Positions 13,895 through 24,847 of a DNA stretch of 64,000 nucleotides are shown here, one piece after another. The stretch's first letter is position 1. The number at the start of each line of letters is the position of its first letter. The stretch covers positions 7,619,808-7,683,807 of the forward strand of contig OZ316891.1 in NCBI GenBank assembly GCA_973895155.1. Direction: 5' to 3'. The DNA is from Marsupella aquatica (Eukaryota > Plantae > Marchantiophyta). A program made the translations under genes and the position numbers. The notes under the pieces are model-generated. The model worked only from the letters and a program-made list of their open reading frames with translations, ran no database searches and had not been told where the DNA came from.

Positions 13895-14393
13895 TGTGGG
13901 TTTTGGACATGTGTGGACATGCGTTCCACTTGTATTCCATTCTCTTGTGTTTGTGATATGGCAGTGTGACTATGTTTGGATGTATGTGACAAGCGATGTA
14001 TGTTGTGTAGCGATGTATGTTGTGTGGCGACTGATATCAGGTCGACTGATGGAAAACACTGATAACTGATGACGTAGCTTTACTCAAAGTAGGTCCAGGG
14101 GTGACAGGTCTCTAGAAGCATATACGAGAGAAGTGGTGTCTCCCTAGGGGCTAAGGGCTAGCCGAAGTCGTGGGCGCAGCGGTTGCGATATTAAGGAAAA
14201 ATGTCAAACAGAAATGGTGATAACTTCCCAACGAGAAGTCCGTTGGAAGACTTTTTGAGTGAGTTAGAAAGATCTCAAGGAGGATTACATCCTCTTGAGC
14301 TCATTTGGGTCTAGGGATGCCATGGGTTCTTGGGGTTTGTGGGGGCTATCTTGCCCGCTTGCCAAATCCTGCCAAAATAGCAGCCAAGGCGCG
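13895..14393 (+). repeat. Probable 3' LTR of the PHD-gypsy element (interrupted by family A at 14394)
   Basis: Purine tract agctagggggcaat immediately followed by tgtggg at 13895, downstream of the integrase end; right boundary uncertain. Confidence 0.55.
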
Positions 14394-14677
14394 TGTGATG
14401 CCTAGCCAGGAATCACTAGGCCTTGTAATAAAGTAAAATCGGGTGGTATACAATAAGACCATTAGCATAGGGAGGAAAAATGATAAAATATAAACAATTA
14501 AGGGTATATATGGAACTCGAGCTGAGGCCGAGAGTAATAGGCGCAACGGAAACTAAGGGGCACAATTAGGGTTAGGGTACGCCAAGCACCGATGGCTGCA
14601 GGTAATCATGACTAAGTCAGGCAACGACAGGCTGGAGGGGGGTAAGGGAGGTTCACCAAGGGTGTGATGCCTAGCAA

Positions 14678-15171
14678 CGAGTGTTTGATCAACTACAGGT
14701 CATTTCAGACACAATGGATCATCTGGCTGCCATTATTGCAACTGCCATCCCCACCTCTGACAGGAAAAGGAGTCGACTACACGCTGCATCTGAAATGCTG
14801 AGAGAGGAACGCACAAGGCTGGTTAGGTCTGGAGTTAGAAGGCTGATAACTTGATAGGGGATTTTTTTAAAATTAGGAAGTCTTAAGGTTCTATGAGGAT
14901 TTGCTTTCAGCTATGGACTTGCTATGAAAACCAAGTAGAAGCCCCTAGAATGCTAGGTGGAAGGACATCTGACTGGTCCTTCTCCTGGATTTTAATTGTA
15001 GACTGAAATCTAAGGATTCTTACCAAGGTGCTGTTAGTTTGGCTTAGGGTTTTGTGGAAAATCTTTACTGCCATTGGGGCTCTTTTTGCCTTTGGGGCTT
15101 GCTGGTTTCCGTCTCCGTGGGGTTCAAGCGGAATAAACAAAAATTTAAAAATAAAAATAAAAATAAAAATT
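14678..15171 (+). mobile_element. Short 5'-truncated non-LTR retroposed insertion
   Basis: Splits the A terminus tgtgatgcctagcaa|ggaatcactagg and ends in an aataaac..(aaaaat)n tail; no TSD resolved. Confidence 0.55.
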
Positions 15172-18100
15172 GGAATCACTAGGCCAGTTTAAATGGTAAA
15201 ATCAGGAGTGTACCCTAGAAACATATTAGTATAGTAACAAAAACAAGGAAAATATAAACAATTAAGGGTGACTATGGAACCCGAGTCGAGGCCGGAAGTA
15301 AGGATGTTAGGAGAGGGAACTCAATTAGGGTTAGGGCGCGCTAAGTACCGGCGGCTATGGGTAACTAACGGGAAGGAAGACCAGGTAGGGGGGTAAGGAT
15401 CGATCGCAAGGAATGGTGGCTCATTTGCAAGCACAAACTAAGCAAATGACTACGTGAAGCAACTACTGTCAACTGCTTAGGCAAGCACTTGGGGTGGGAG
15501 CAGATACCGACTATCAATTCAAGGAAGGGTATGAGCACCGTCAATCAGGCTGCTGATTTTTGGGGATGCCTGTTAGAATGGGCAACTGAGTACATTAATT
15601 GGGACCTACGAGGATGAAGAATCAAAGAGAGCCGCTTGAGAATGGCAAGAGCTTGCTTGACTATGGGAGCTGCAGAAGTCTGCCTTCTTAGGAGGAGAAC
15701 TCATCACGGATGAATTCTTGTGGACATCTACTGGCAACGAACTCGACGATCTTCTGTTTTGTGAGAATAGAATAGTCGGCATCCGGGAAGCCATCAACCA
15801 CTACAATGACATACACTAGGAGTTGAAGGGTAGCACAGAAGGGTGGACAAAGGCAACCGTGCTAGGAGAAACATCCACGGCAGCAGCTATGAAGAGGAAA
15901 GGGAACGCCAACAAAGTGACCACCCTTGCGAAGAGAACAAGGTCGGCGGCACCAAGGAAGCCAGCCGAGCAAGGGAGCAGGAGGCAGGACGAAGCCAAAG
16001 AAGAAGAGGTCGACCCCATCAATGCCGTTCTGATAAGAGATGACACCTGGAAAGGCTGGGCGGCGACCCTCCCCGAGGAAGTGCAATTACACTTTGCACG
16101 TGAAGAGGATGCATGCTTTACGGCTATGCAGACTCGGAAGTACTAGGGCTTCATGGCCGGATCCGGCTTGGAAGCTTTCATGAAATTACCATGGCTGAAG
16201 CCGAAGGTGCCGGATTCAGACTTATTAGAATTTGTGGGATCATGGGAACCCAAGACCGATTCCACAAGGGTGTATGGGAAGGATTTCTATCTCACTCCTT
16301 GGGTAATTGCCGAAGTGTTTGGCTTGCCGATGGGCAATAAGACCAAAGTAGATACCCGGAAGACCTTGCTAGACAAGGAGTTCCGATTGTTCCCAGGGCC
16401 ATCAACAAAGAATGGCTTCTTTTGGAACACCTGCACCAACCCGCACATAGGAGAGATCATCAATTTCTTGCGGGTAACCATGCACTGTAACTTGCCGAGG
16501 CCAGAGATCAGCAAGGCACACGTCTACCTAGCGGAAAGGCTAGACCCAAGCCAGGACTACAACGGGTACCTCCTCATCCAACTGAAGAAGATCTTGAAGG
16601 AGGAACAGCAGGCGATCGGCATGGGAAGCATGTCCCGACTTGGCTATCACATGCCCCTGTTGTGCCGGTATGCCCGAAGTCAGATCTTTGCCCTGGTACT
16701 TCCACTGCAGGCAAGGGCACCAAAGGAGGTTCCGGAACAGAGGCCGGCAACAGAGAAACCAAACCAGCCCAACAATCCTACAATCGAGCAGGTGTTTAGG
16801 CCGAGGATGGAGGACTTGCCGATGCAGCAACCAGGCATGCAGAATCTGCTGAAATTGCTGGAGAAGGAAAAGAAAATGGCAATGGCAACGGCATAGGTAT
16901 AGGACACTCCTTCAGAGGTCGGCCTAAGCCGACTCATGAAGGAAAACCCCTTTATCGGAGCCAAGGAAAGAAGGAGGCCGGAACACGAGCCGGGGGTTTG
17001 AATGCATGTAGGAGCCTCGAGTCCTGTAGCCGAAGGAAGGCAGCCTAAGGCTCATGTTCAAGGGAAATAGAGGGAGTATACAGCCTGGAAGCCAGAGGAG
17101 GAACTAGCTATGATCGGCAGGAGGCCGTGTTCACGGCAAGACCAGAGGAGCAGCGGGGGGAGCCGATAGTCCAAGTAGTGGAGGAGGCGGTGGAGGACTA
17201 CAGCAATGATGACTCTGGCTACGGGTCGGACCATCATGTCCCAGGAATAAGGACCTGTGGCCGTTTCATCCCCATGCTTCCAAGAGTAGTTTGAGGGGAC
17301 CCCACCCAACAGAACAGCCCCAAGTCCCCCCCGATAGATGTCGCTCCCCCGAGCTTTGACGGCATAAAACAGACAGCACAAGAGTTTCAAGAGCGACTTA
17401 GGGAGGAAGAGAGGGCAGCCCTAGCTAGGGAGAAAGATTTACCAGGGGGAGAATGGCCAGAGGACATCAGGCGGCTTGCAGAAAAATGAAGCAGATCTCC
17501 AGCCACGATAGAAGAAATCTGCAAGGCGGCTTGGGAACAAAGGCCACGGTGGTTGATGCCGATGACTTCTACTCACTCCACCTATGCTAAAAAAAGAGCC
17601 ATGGAGTACGGGGAGATGTGTGGGGAACTTGCGCTCAGCATCTTTGGGGAGGAGTTGGAGCAGGGACCTTTTTTCCAGAGGGAGATGTTGGAAAAACGTC
17701 GATTAGAAGAAGCGATGGCTTTGGAGAGAAGAAAGAAAGACAAGGTCACCCGTCAACTTAGGGCAAGGGAAGCCAAGGTGGAAGACTTGAAGGCGGCCAA
17801 AAAAACCCAAGATGAGTTGCGGATTAAGCGGCATGAGCTAAACATCATGCACGGGCAATTGGATACCGCTCAGTCTGATAATCAGATTATCAAGGATAAA
17901 CTGACTCAGACCCAGGGGGAGTTGGCCGATGCGGTCAAGGAAAGGGAGAAGTGGAAGCGGGAGCTGAGGGACGTAGAGGAGGCCCACATAGCAGCCAACA
18001 ATTGGGCCATAGCGGAGACTCAGAGAAGGGAAAGGGCGTTGAAGGGGGAACTCGAGGATATCCACGGAGCCCTTGAGCAGAAGGAGGCCGAGTTAGGGAA

Positions 18101-20995
18101 ATCCTATCAAGGGATTATTGTGATGCGGCAGGAGCTTGCAACCCTGACGGCCAGCTTCAAGGCCGACCTGCGTGAGAAAGACAACCAGCTTGATCAGACT
18201 TATGCCAAAATTAATAAAATGGAGTCTGAGGTTGTAACGGAGCTCAACAAGGAGCTAAGAGCAACCCAGGAGGAGAGGGCTACCTTAAAAAAGGAGTTGG
18301 AGGAAGCCCAGAAAGAGTTGGAGGAAGCCCAAAAGGAGCTAGAGGAGGCGCGCAAGGACCTGGACGAAGAGCAAGAGGAGTTGGAGGAAAGCACGAGGAA
18401 GATGAAGAACTTACAACGACGAGCCGACAACCAAACGGAGCGGCTAAAGAAACAAGCCGTAGTATTTAAGTGCTTGGCTTCATCAAGTCCAATTGGGGCA
18501 ACCAAGTTGCCAGGAGTAGTACTGGCCGAAGGGCAACCCGTGACACTCGCACCGGTGCTGGAGATAAGTGGCAAGGAGAAGGGACCAGCTGCCGAAACAG
18601 GGAAGAAGAAGAAGCGGAAACCTTCTGGGTCAGGGAGTAATGCGGCTTCTCAAGCCGTCGTGATAGAGGAGGTACAACTAGCGCCAATCTCCGACCAAGA
18701 GAGGAGACCAAGGGAAGACATAGAAGAGGTCGGCTACGTATCTCATGACCCGATGAAGGATCTGTCCAATATATGTGTGTAAAATGTTAGTAGAAGGAGG
18801 TTAACTGCGTCCTGTGGTGCGTCCCATGGCTCCCCAAACCCAAGAAAACCCCCTTGCACAAGCCGATTCCCGTAGGTTTCATCCTTGGCGAGGCCGTTTC
18901 CGCGGCTTAGCGGCATGGGACGCTGCTAAGTCTTCTTCTACTACTATTAACATTTACACACATATACTAGACAGATCCTTCATCGGGTCATGAGATACTT
19001 AGCCGACCTATTCTAGGCTTTCCCTTGTATTCCTCTCCTGGTCTTCCATTAGGTATGTTTGGATTCCGCCACCAGAATGATCCCCAATTGGCTTGGTTAA
19101 GCCGCTAAGACCTCTCTCAGCTCGACACATCCAACTCTCACTCCCTTGTTACTTCCCTTCATGATGTGGGCACTCTTCACACAAGTTAATGCAACACACA
19201 AATAGCAAAATGACTCCTTCTGACTGAGTTATACCATGCACTTGCCATACAAACAGTACATCTCATACACAAGCTCTGCGAACTAAGCCGTGAGGCCAAC
19301 TCTATTCAGTTCTTAGGCATGAGGAAACATGAATATACACAAGGGTCACTGTATAACTAACCGAGAGCTTCTCTTACTACTTGATCCCAGCCCTGCTGGT
19401 GCAACTAAAAACTTGCTAAAGAAGAGGCCCTGGACTCCCCGCTGCCCAGGTATTTATCGTGGCAACGGATCTGTCCAGAACTTCGCTGCGTAAGCTTGAT
19501 CTATCCTACCTGTAATCTACCTAACTATACAGCGAGGCAGGAGCACAAGTGTTGCTCCTACCAGTGGATCCGCCATCCCACTAATCTAAGTATCAGGGCC
19601 GTCTCCTGGTCTTGATCCTAATCCTAAACTTGGAGATCTGAGCCCGCCCTGCCCACTCACGCCTCCTACCTCCACGTCCGCCCTTCCTTAAAGGAACGGC
19701 GCCCTTGCACCGTCACGACACCGGTGGCGGATCCTCAATGGACGCCCCCAACGCTTCCCCCGCAGCCACTGTCGTTGGTCCGTTCTTTGACAGATTACCT
19801 ACCCCGGACCGAGTCAACTCTTCATCGGCTTGACTGGGTCCACCCTCGGCTTTGGCCTCAGCATCGGTCACGGCCTTCGATACGGCTTCGGCCTCCCCGT
19901 CATGTTCTAGTGGAGGATCCGGTACCTCGGCTTCATCAATAGCTGTCCCGGCCTCGGCCTTGCCATCCCCACCTTCTTCAACTGGTGGATCTACTGCCGT
20001 GACCATGCCGGAGGTTGGTGTCGGGTTGACCTCCTGGGTCACAACGGCTTGGTAAGCCGTATAACTCCCAGACCCAGAAGGTTTCCGCTTCTTTTTCTTC
20101 CCTGTTTTGGTAGCTGGTCCCTTCCCCTTGCTACCTACCTCCGGCACCGGGGCGTGTGTCTTGGCTTGTCTTTCGGCCAGTACCCCTCCTGGTAACGGAG
20201 TTCCCACAATTGGAGTTGGACCAGATGAAGCTAAGCACTTAAATACTGCGGCCTATTTCTTCAGCCGCTCCGTTTGGTTGTCAGCCCGCCGCTGTAAGTT
20301 CTCCATCTTCTTGGTGGTTTCCTCCAACTCCTCCTGGGCTTCCTCTAGGTCCTTCCGTCCCTCCTGCAGCTCCTTTTTGGCTTCCTCCAATTCCAATTTT
20401 AAGGTAGCCCTCTCCTCCTGGGTTGCTCTTAGCTCCTTGTCGAGCTCCGCTACGACCTCAGACTCCATCTTATTCATCTTGGCATAAGTCTGGTCGAGCT
20501 GGTTGTCCTTCTCACACAGGTCGGCCTTGAAACTGGCCGTCAGGGACGCAAGCTCCTGCTGCAGCGCAATAATCCCTTGATAGGATTTTCCTAACTCGGC
20601 CTCCTTCTGCTCAAGGGCTCCGCGGATATCCTCAAGCTCTCCTTTCAACGCCCTCTCCTTTCTCTGAGTCTCCGCCATGGCCCGGTTGTTGGCGGTTATG
20701 TGGGCCTCCTCTACGTCCCTCAGCTCCTGCTTCCACTTTTCCTTGTCCTTGACCGCGCTGGCCAACTCTCCTTGGGTCCGAGTCACTTTATCTTTGATAA
20801 TCTGATTACCAGACTGAGCAGCATCCAATTGTCCTTGCATGATGTTTAGCTCATGCCGCTTAATTCGCAGTTCATCTTGGGATTTCTTGGCCGCCTGCAG
20901 GTCTTCCACCTCGGCTTCCATCTCCCTAAGCCGCCAGATGACCTCGTCCTTCTTGCTTCTCTCCAAAGCCACCGCTTCTTCTAATCAGTGCTTCT

Positions 20996-23900
20996 TGTCG
21001 CGTCCCTAACCTGGGCCTTAAATCCAGTTTAGTGCCATGGTGCGACCTCGACCACCAGTAGGGGTGAGGGTTCGGGCAAGGAGGTGTGTAGTGGCCCCGA
21101 TTAGCCCTAAGTTGGGCTAAGCCGATATACTTACTGGTATAACACTTAAGCAATTTGTACTAGTCATAGGTATCTTTTATTTTCCACCGCTGGAATCCTC
21201 CCTTAGTTAGTGACTCGGACTAACTCCCGGCTTGGGGCTTTTCAAGCCATCGACGCGATAGAACCTTGTGACATACAATGGGTGGCAATCCCTACCATTA
21301 GTCCGCACCCGGTACGTCACTTAAAATGGTGCCTTTGCCCAGACAAAGCATACTCACAACACCAGTTACTTGCGGAAACATTAGAGGGAAAAGACTACAT
21401 TCACTCAGCAAAGCATCAGTTTACATGGTTGACTCGACTTCAAAGGGGGTCAGCAGGCCCAACGGCAGTCGATGCCCAGTCTCTACGAGGCCCCGCCTCG
21501 CACTTGCCCAGCAAGCTCGACTTTGGCTCTCACTCCTTGGTGCGCTCTGACCCTGCTCAGGCCGGGACTCCCCGTGCCTCACCTTTCTTCTGCTGAGATA
21601 ACTAAGCCTTCTCCCCCTTCCATAGCGGAAGGGGAAGCCTAAATACTACAGTTTGCGGAAGAGAACCGGAGGATACTACCTTTCGGGATACTACCTACTG
21701 ACTAACCACTTTCTGACTACTGGCCGTGCCGCACTGACTGGTTGACCGTCGACGACAAGGGTGCCGACCGGGATGGCAGCGGCCAAGCCTACTGACAAAA
21801 ATCTAGTCCGTTGATGGACTCCATCCTACGTTGGCTGATCCTAACTGATCCGGCCCTAATTCTTCCTACTGCCGCTAATTGGCGCCTAATGACAGCCATT
21901 CTGTCGTTACACCTAACCGAAAGATGCCGCTGACTTAACTGCCTCGCGCGGCGCCTGCTTCCACCCTTCGCTAACCACCCCTTACGTGTGTGCTGTGGTT
22001 GGACCAAGGCTGGTCCCCTTGTCGGGGCGAGACCTCGAGCCACCTTGATCAGAGGTGGGCCCAGGTTTTCCCTGCTGGAGGACGAGCAGGGTAACGCGGT
22101 CCTACAAGGCCTTGTTGTCCCGCACCGCCTCCTCCACCTCGTTTGCAGCTTCATCGGCCTCGGTCTAGAGCCGCGCTACCTCCAGGTTGAGCTGGTTAAT
22201 GGAGTCGCGATGGATCTGGTCCTGCGCCAGCAATTTATCCCGTTCGGCAGAGAGACTAGCCACCTGCTGTGCTGCCTGCAGGAATTGTTTGTTGAGGTCG
22301 GTCAGGCTGGTAACCCGAGCCAAAGATTCTGAGCGTAATTGAAGCATGGTGTCGTCCAGCTTCTTGAGATCTGCTTGCGCTCCGCTTAACTCCTGGGTTA
22401 GTCCGTCCCTCTGTTCGACAGTGCGGACTAACTCCTTGCGGCGGGTAGTGGCCTCCTCCTTGAGGTGCTCTACCAGCATCTGGAGGCGCCCGATCTCATT
22501 CCCCTTCGCCATGAGTTCTTCTTCCAAGCGGCTTACGATCCGTGGTTGGTGCTCTAACATGAAGAAGGCTGGTTGAAAGTACGTCGAGACTTGTTGTCTG
22601 ATGTACGTTGCCAGCTCCCCAGACATAGTCTGGCTAAACTTCTGGACCAGGTCGTAGGCCATGGTCCCCGGGGCTACTTGGTAGTCCTCCATCCTCTTGG
22701 GTACCAGTGGTTCCTCGGGTGGGGCAACGAGCTCCTCCGTAGTCTGTGCTGGGGAGAGGAAGGTTTCTTCACGTGGTGGAGGGATTGGGGGTGGTTGTAC
22801 TGCGGGTAGCGGAGGCTCGACGGAAGGGGGCGGCGGAATTTCCACAGGAGGAGGTGGCGGAGTATTAGTCGGGGCTTCCGGCTCGGGGTTTGCCCGAGGG
22901 ACGGTAGTCTGCGCGCTCGGGGTTTCCTCCTCTAGGGCGAGGGTGACATTAGTCGGGGCTGAGGTGGCCATATTCTTTCCTCTGGCCTCCCGCTGTGCCT
23001 TGTACCAGGCGAGGATAATGGCGATATGACTTCCCAAGTAAGTCTTCCCCCCAATAGCCATACCACCCTGAGCCCGCTTCAGCTCCCCCAAGAATCTTCG
23101 GTAGAAGAATTGGGCCCAGTTGCGCCATTTGAACTGTTCCACTTACACGATCGTGTAGAGGGAAATCTCGGATCGTGGCTCAATCATGTGTAGGGTAGTC
23201 CGTATGAAGTTAAGACGCTCCATGCAGATTAAGTTGGTGCACGACCCTTGCTTGTATCCGTTGTCCGTCTTACCCTCGAGTTTGAAGTGCCGCGGTGTAT
23301 CCTCCTTATCCCGAATTCGGAGTTCAACCGGCACTGGCTCGGTTGGTAGGCAGAAGATTTGCGTTAACCGATGCTCCGTGAGTGATAAGGCCTGCCCCAA
23401 AACCTTGGTGGTCGATGCGTCAGTGTCGAAATTGGAGATGAACTCACAAATCTCCTTCGGCCCGGCGGCGCACGGCCTCCATAGCAAGTGAGCGAACTGC
23501 TCCAACTGATGCTCCTTGAGATAGTCCGCGTGTTCGAGTTTCTTGATTGCGATCCAGACTACTTCGGGGACGCAGATTACCTGTAATAAGTTGGACTTTG
23601 GGTTATCCGGGGGCCGTCGGGTCTGGTTGGCAGGGGGGTTTGCCGGGTCAGGTGCAGGCGCGGCGTTGGTTCGCGTTGTTGATTCGGGGGCCGTCGTCAT
23701 CCTTGGTCGCTTACGAGAATGTTGTTCGAGTTGCGGGCTAACTCGCTCGGAACCCGAAGAACACTCTGTGTTGATCACTGGACAGACTTGGGACCGGTTC
23801 AGCGGTACGCCGGTGGTCATCGGCTGAGGCACTGGTGGTATCGGGGTAGCCATATCCCAGTTGAAGGCGTTGGAGCTTTCCCCGAGGGATGTAAGATTAC

Positions 23901-24847
23901 GCGCCGCTTCCCGTTGTCTGCTGATGTCTTCTTGACGCTTTTCGGCTGCGATCTGCTGGTCTAGGTACCCTGGAATCTTGTCGAACTCCGCTTGAGTAAG
24001 TCGTTGGCTGCCCTTTAGCTTAAAGAACTTCGCTGGGACTTCAAGAATCGCCTCTGCTACCGATCTAAGCCCTTCCTCACTGAGATATAGTTCGGTGATG
24101 TAGTCTCGCAGCTCGTTGTAGCTGGAATCCCTGGTGATGGCTGTCCTTTCGCAATTAACCAGTGCTACCTTGGTCACCAGCTTCGCGTATCTTCGTTCGT
24201 AAGCAGCTTTCTCGGGACAAGAGTACCAGTAAGTCTCGGAGAACTTAGCACCTACCTTGCCAAATAAGGTCCAGAATCCCAAGGCTGTAAGGGTCATACT
24301 AACCTCGTAGTCCGGTTCATTGAGTCCACGTTCCCACCCGGTTGGTCCTTTTGCTCGTGGAGGCCTCGCTCGTCCTGACTAAATCTTGCCACATTATGTT
24401 CTTATCCCTCGATAATCTCCTTGTAAAGGTTGACTTGATTCGATCAGAAAGGCGAGTGGATGGCAATGTCCGCGAATTCCAAAAAGGTGGAAATGAGCAA
24501 ATGGCCCGCAGCGCCATCGGCTCCTCTCTTATGGAGGTGCCAGGGTGAGCCCGAGCGTGAGAAGGCCAGGCTGTTTTGGTCATTGATAATGAGCTAAAGT
24601 TGGCGCCTCGGTCCAAGCGTGACTTCTAACTGATTTTTCTCCGCTGCCGCCACCGTACCTCGGTCGCGCGTAATAATCCTCTTCCCGAACTCGTAATCAT
24701 TCGGTCATCTTAACCTACTCCTAATCTATTCATAATGGCAACAGACGGCTATACGTGCTATTCTATGCTACGGCTACGGTCCTAACGTCCGTATAAGACC
24801 TAATCTACGACCTGGGTTTGGTTAAGTGACACGTTACCCGTGTCACA
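20996..24847 (-). mobile_element. Family C TG..CA element, complete (3852 bp), TSD CTTCT
   Basis: tgtcgcg at 20996 ... cgtgtcaca at 24847; cttct at 20991-20995 and 24848-24852; the host A3 ORF is colinear across it. Confidence 0.95.
22165..24297 (-). pseudogene. Family C protein: PMD/Athila-ORF-like domain, Pro-rich linker, coiled coil (one internal stop at ~23143)
   Basis: The 384-aa and 325-aa ORFs abut in frame; EICEFISNFD...LTQIFCLP...RNWAQFFYRRF...YLGSHIAIILAWY parallels the family B and A motifs. Confidence 0.75.

Noticed and set aside
17553-18782. Coiled-coil ORFs as host myosin/SMC/tropomyosin-like genes
   Set aside because: They are parts of the multicopy family A ORF inside TSD-flanked elements; the resemblance is compositional.
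20996-24847. Family C, B or A as Ginger or Polinton DNA transposons
   Set aside because: No long TIRs and no integrase or polymerase motifs recognised; only ~8-10-bp imperfect terminal repeats.
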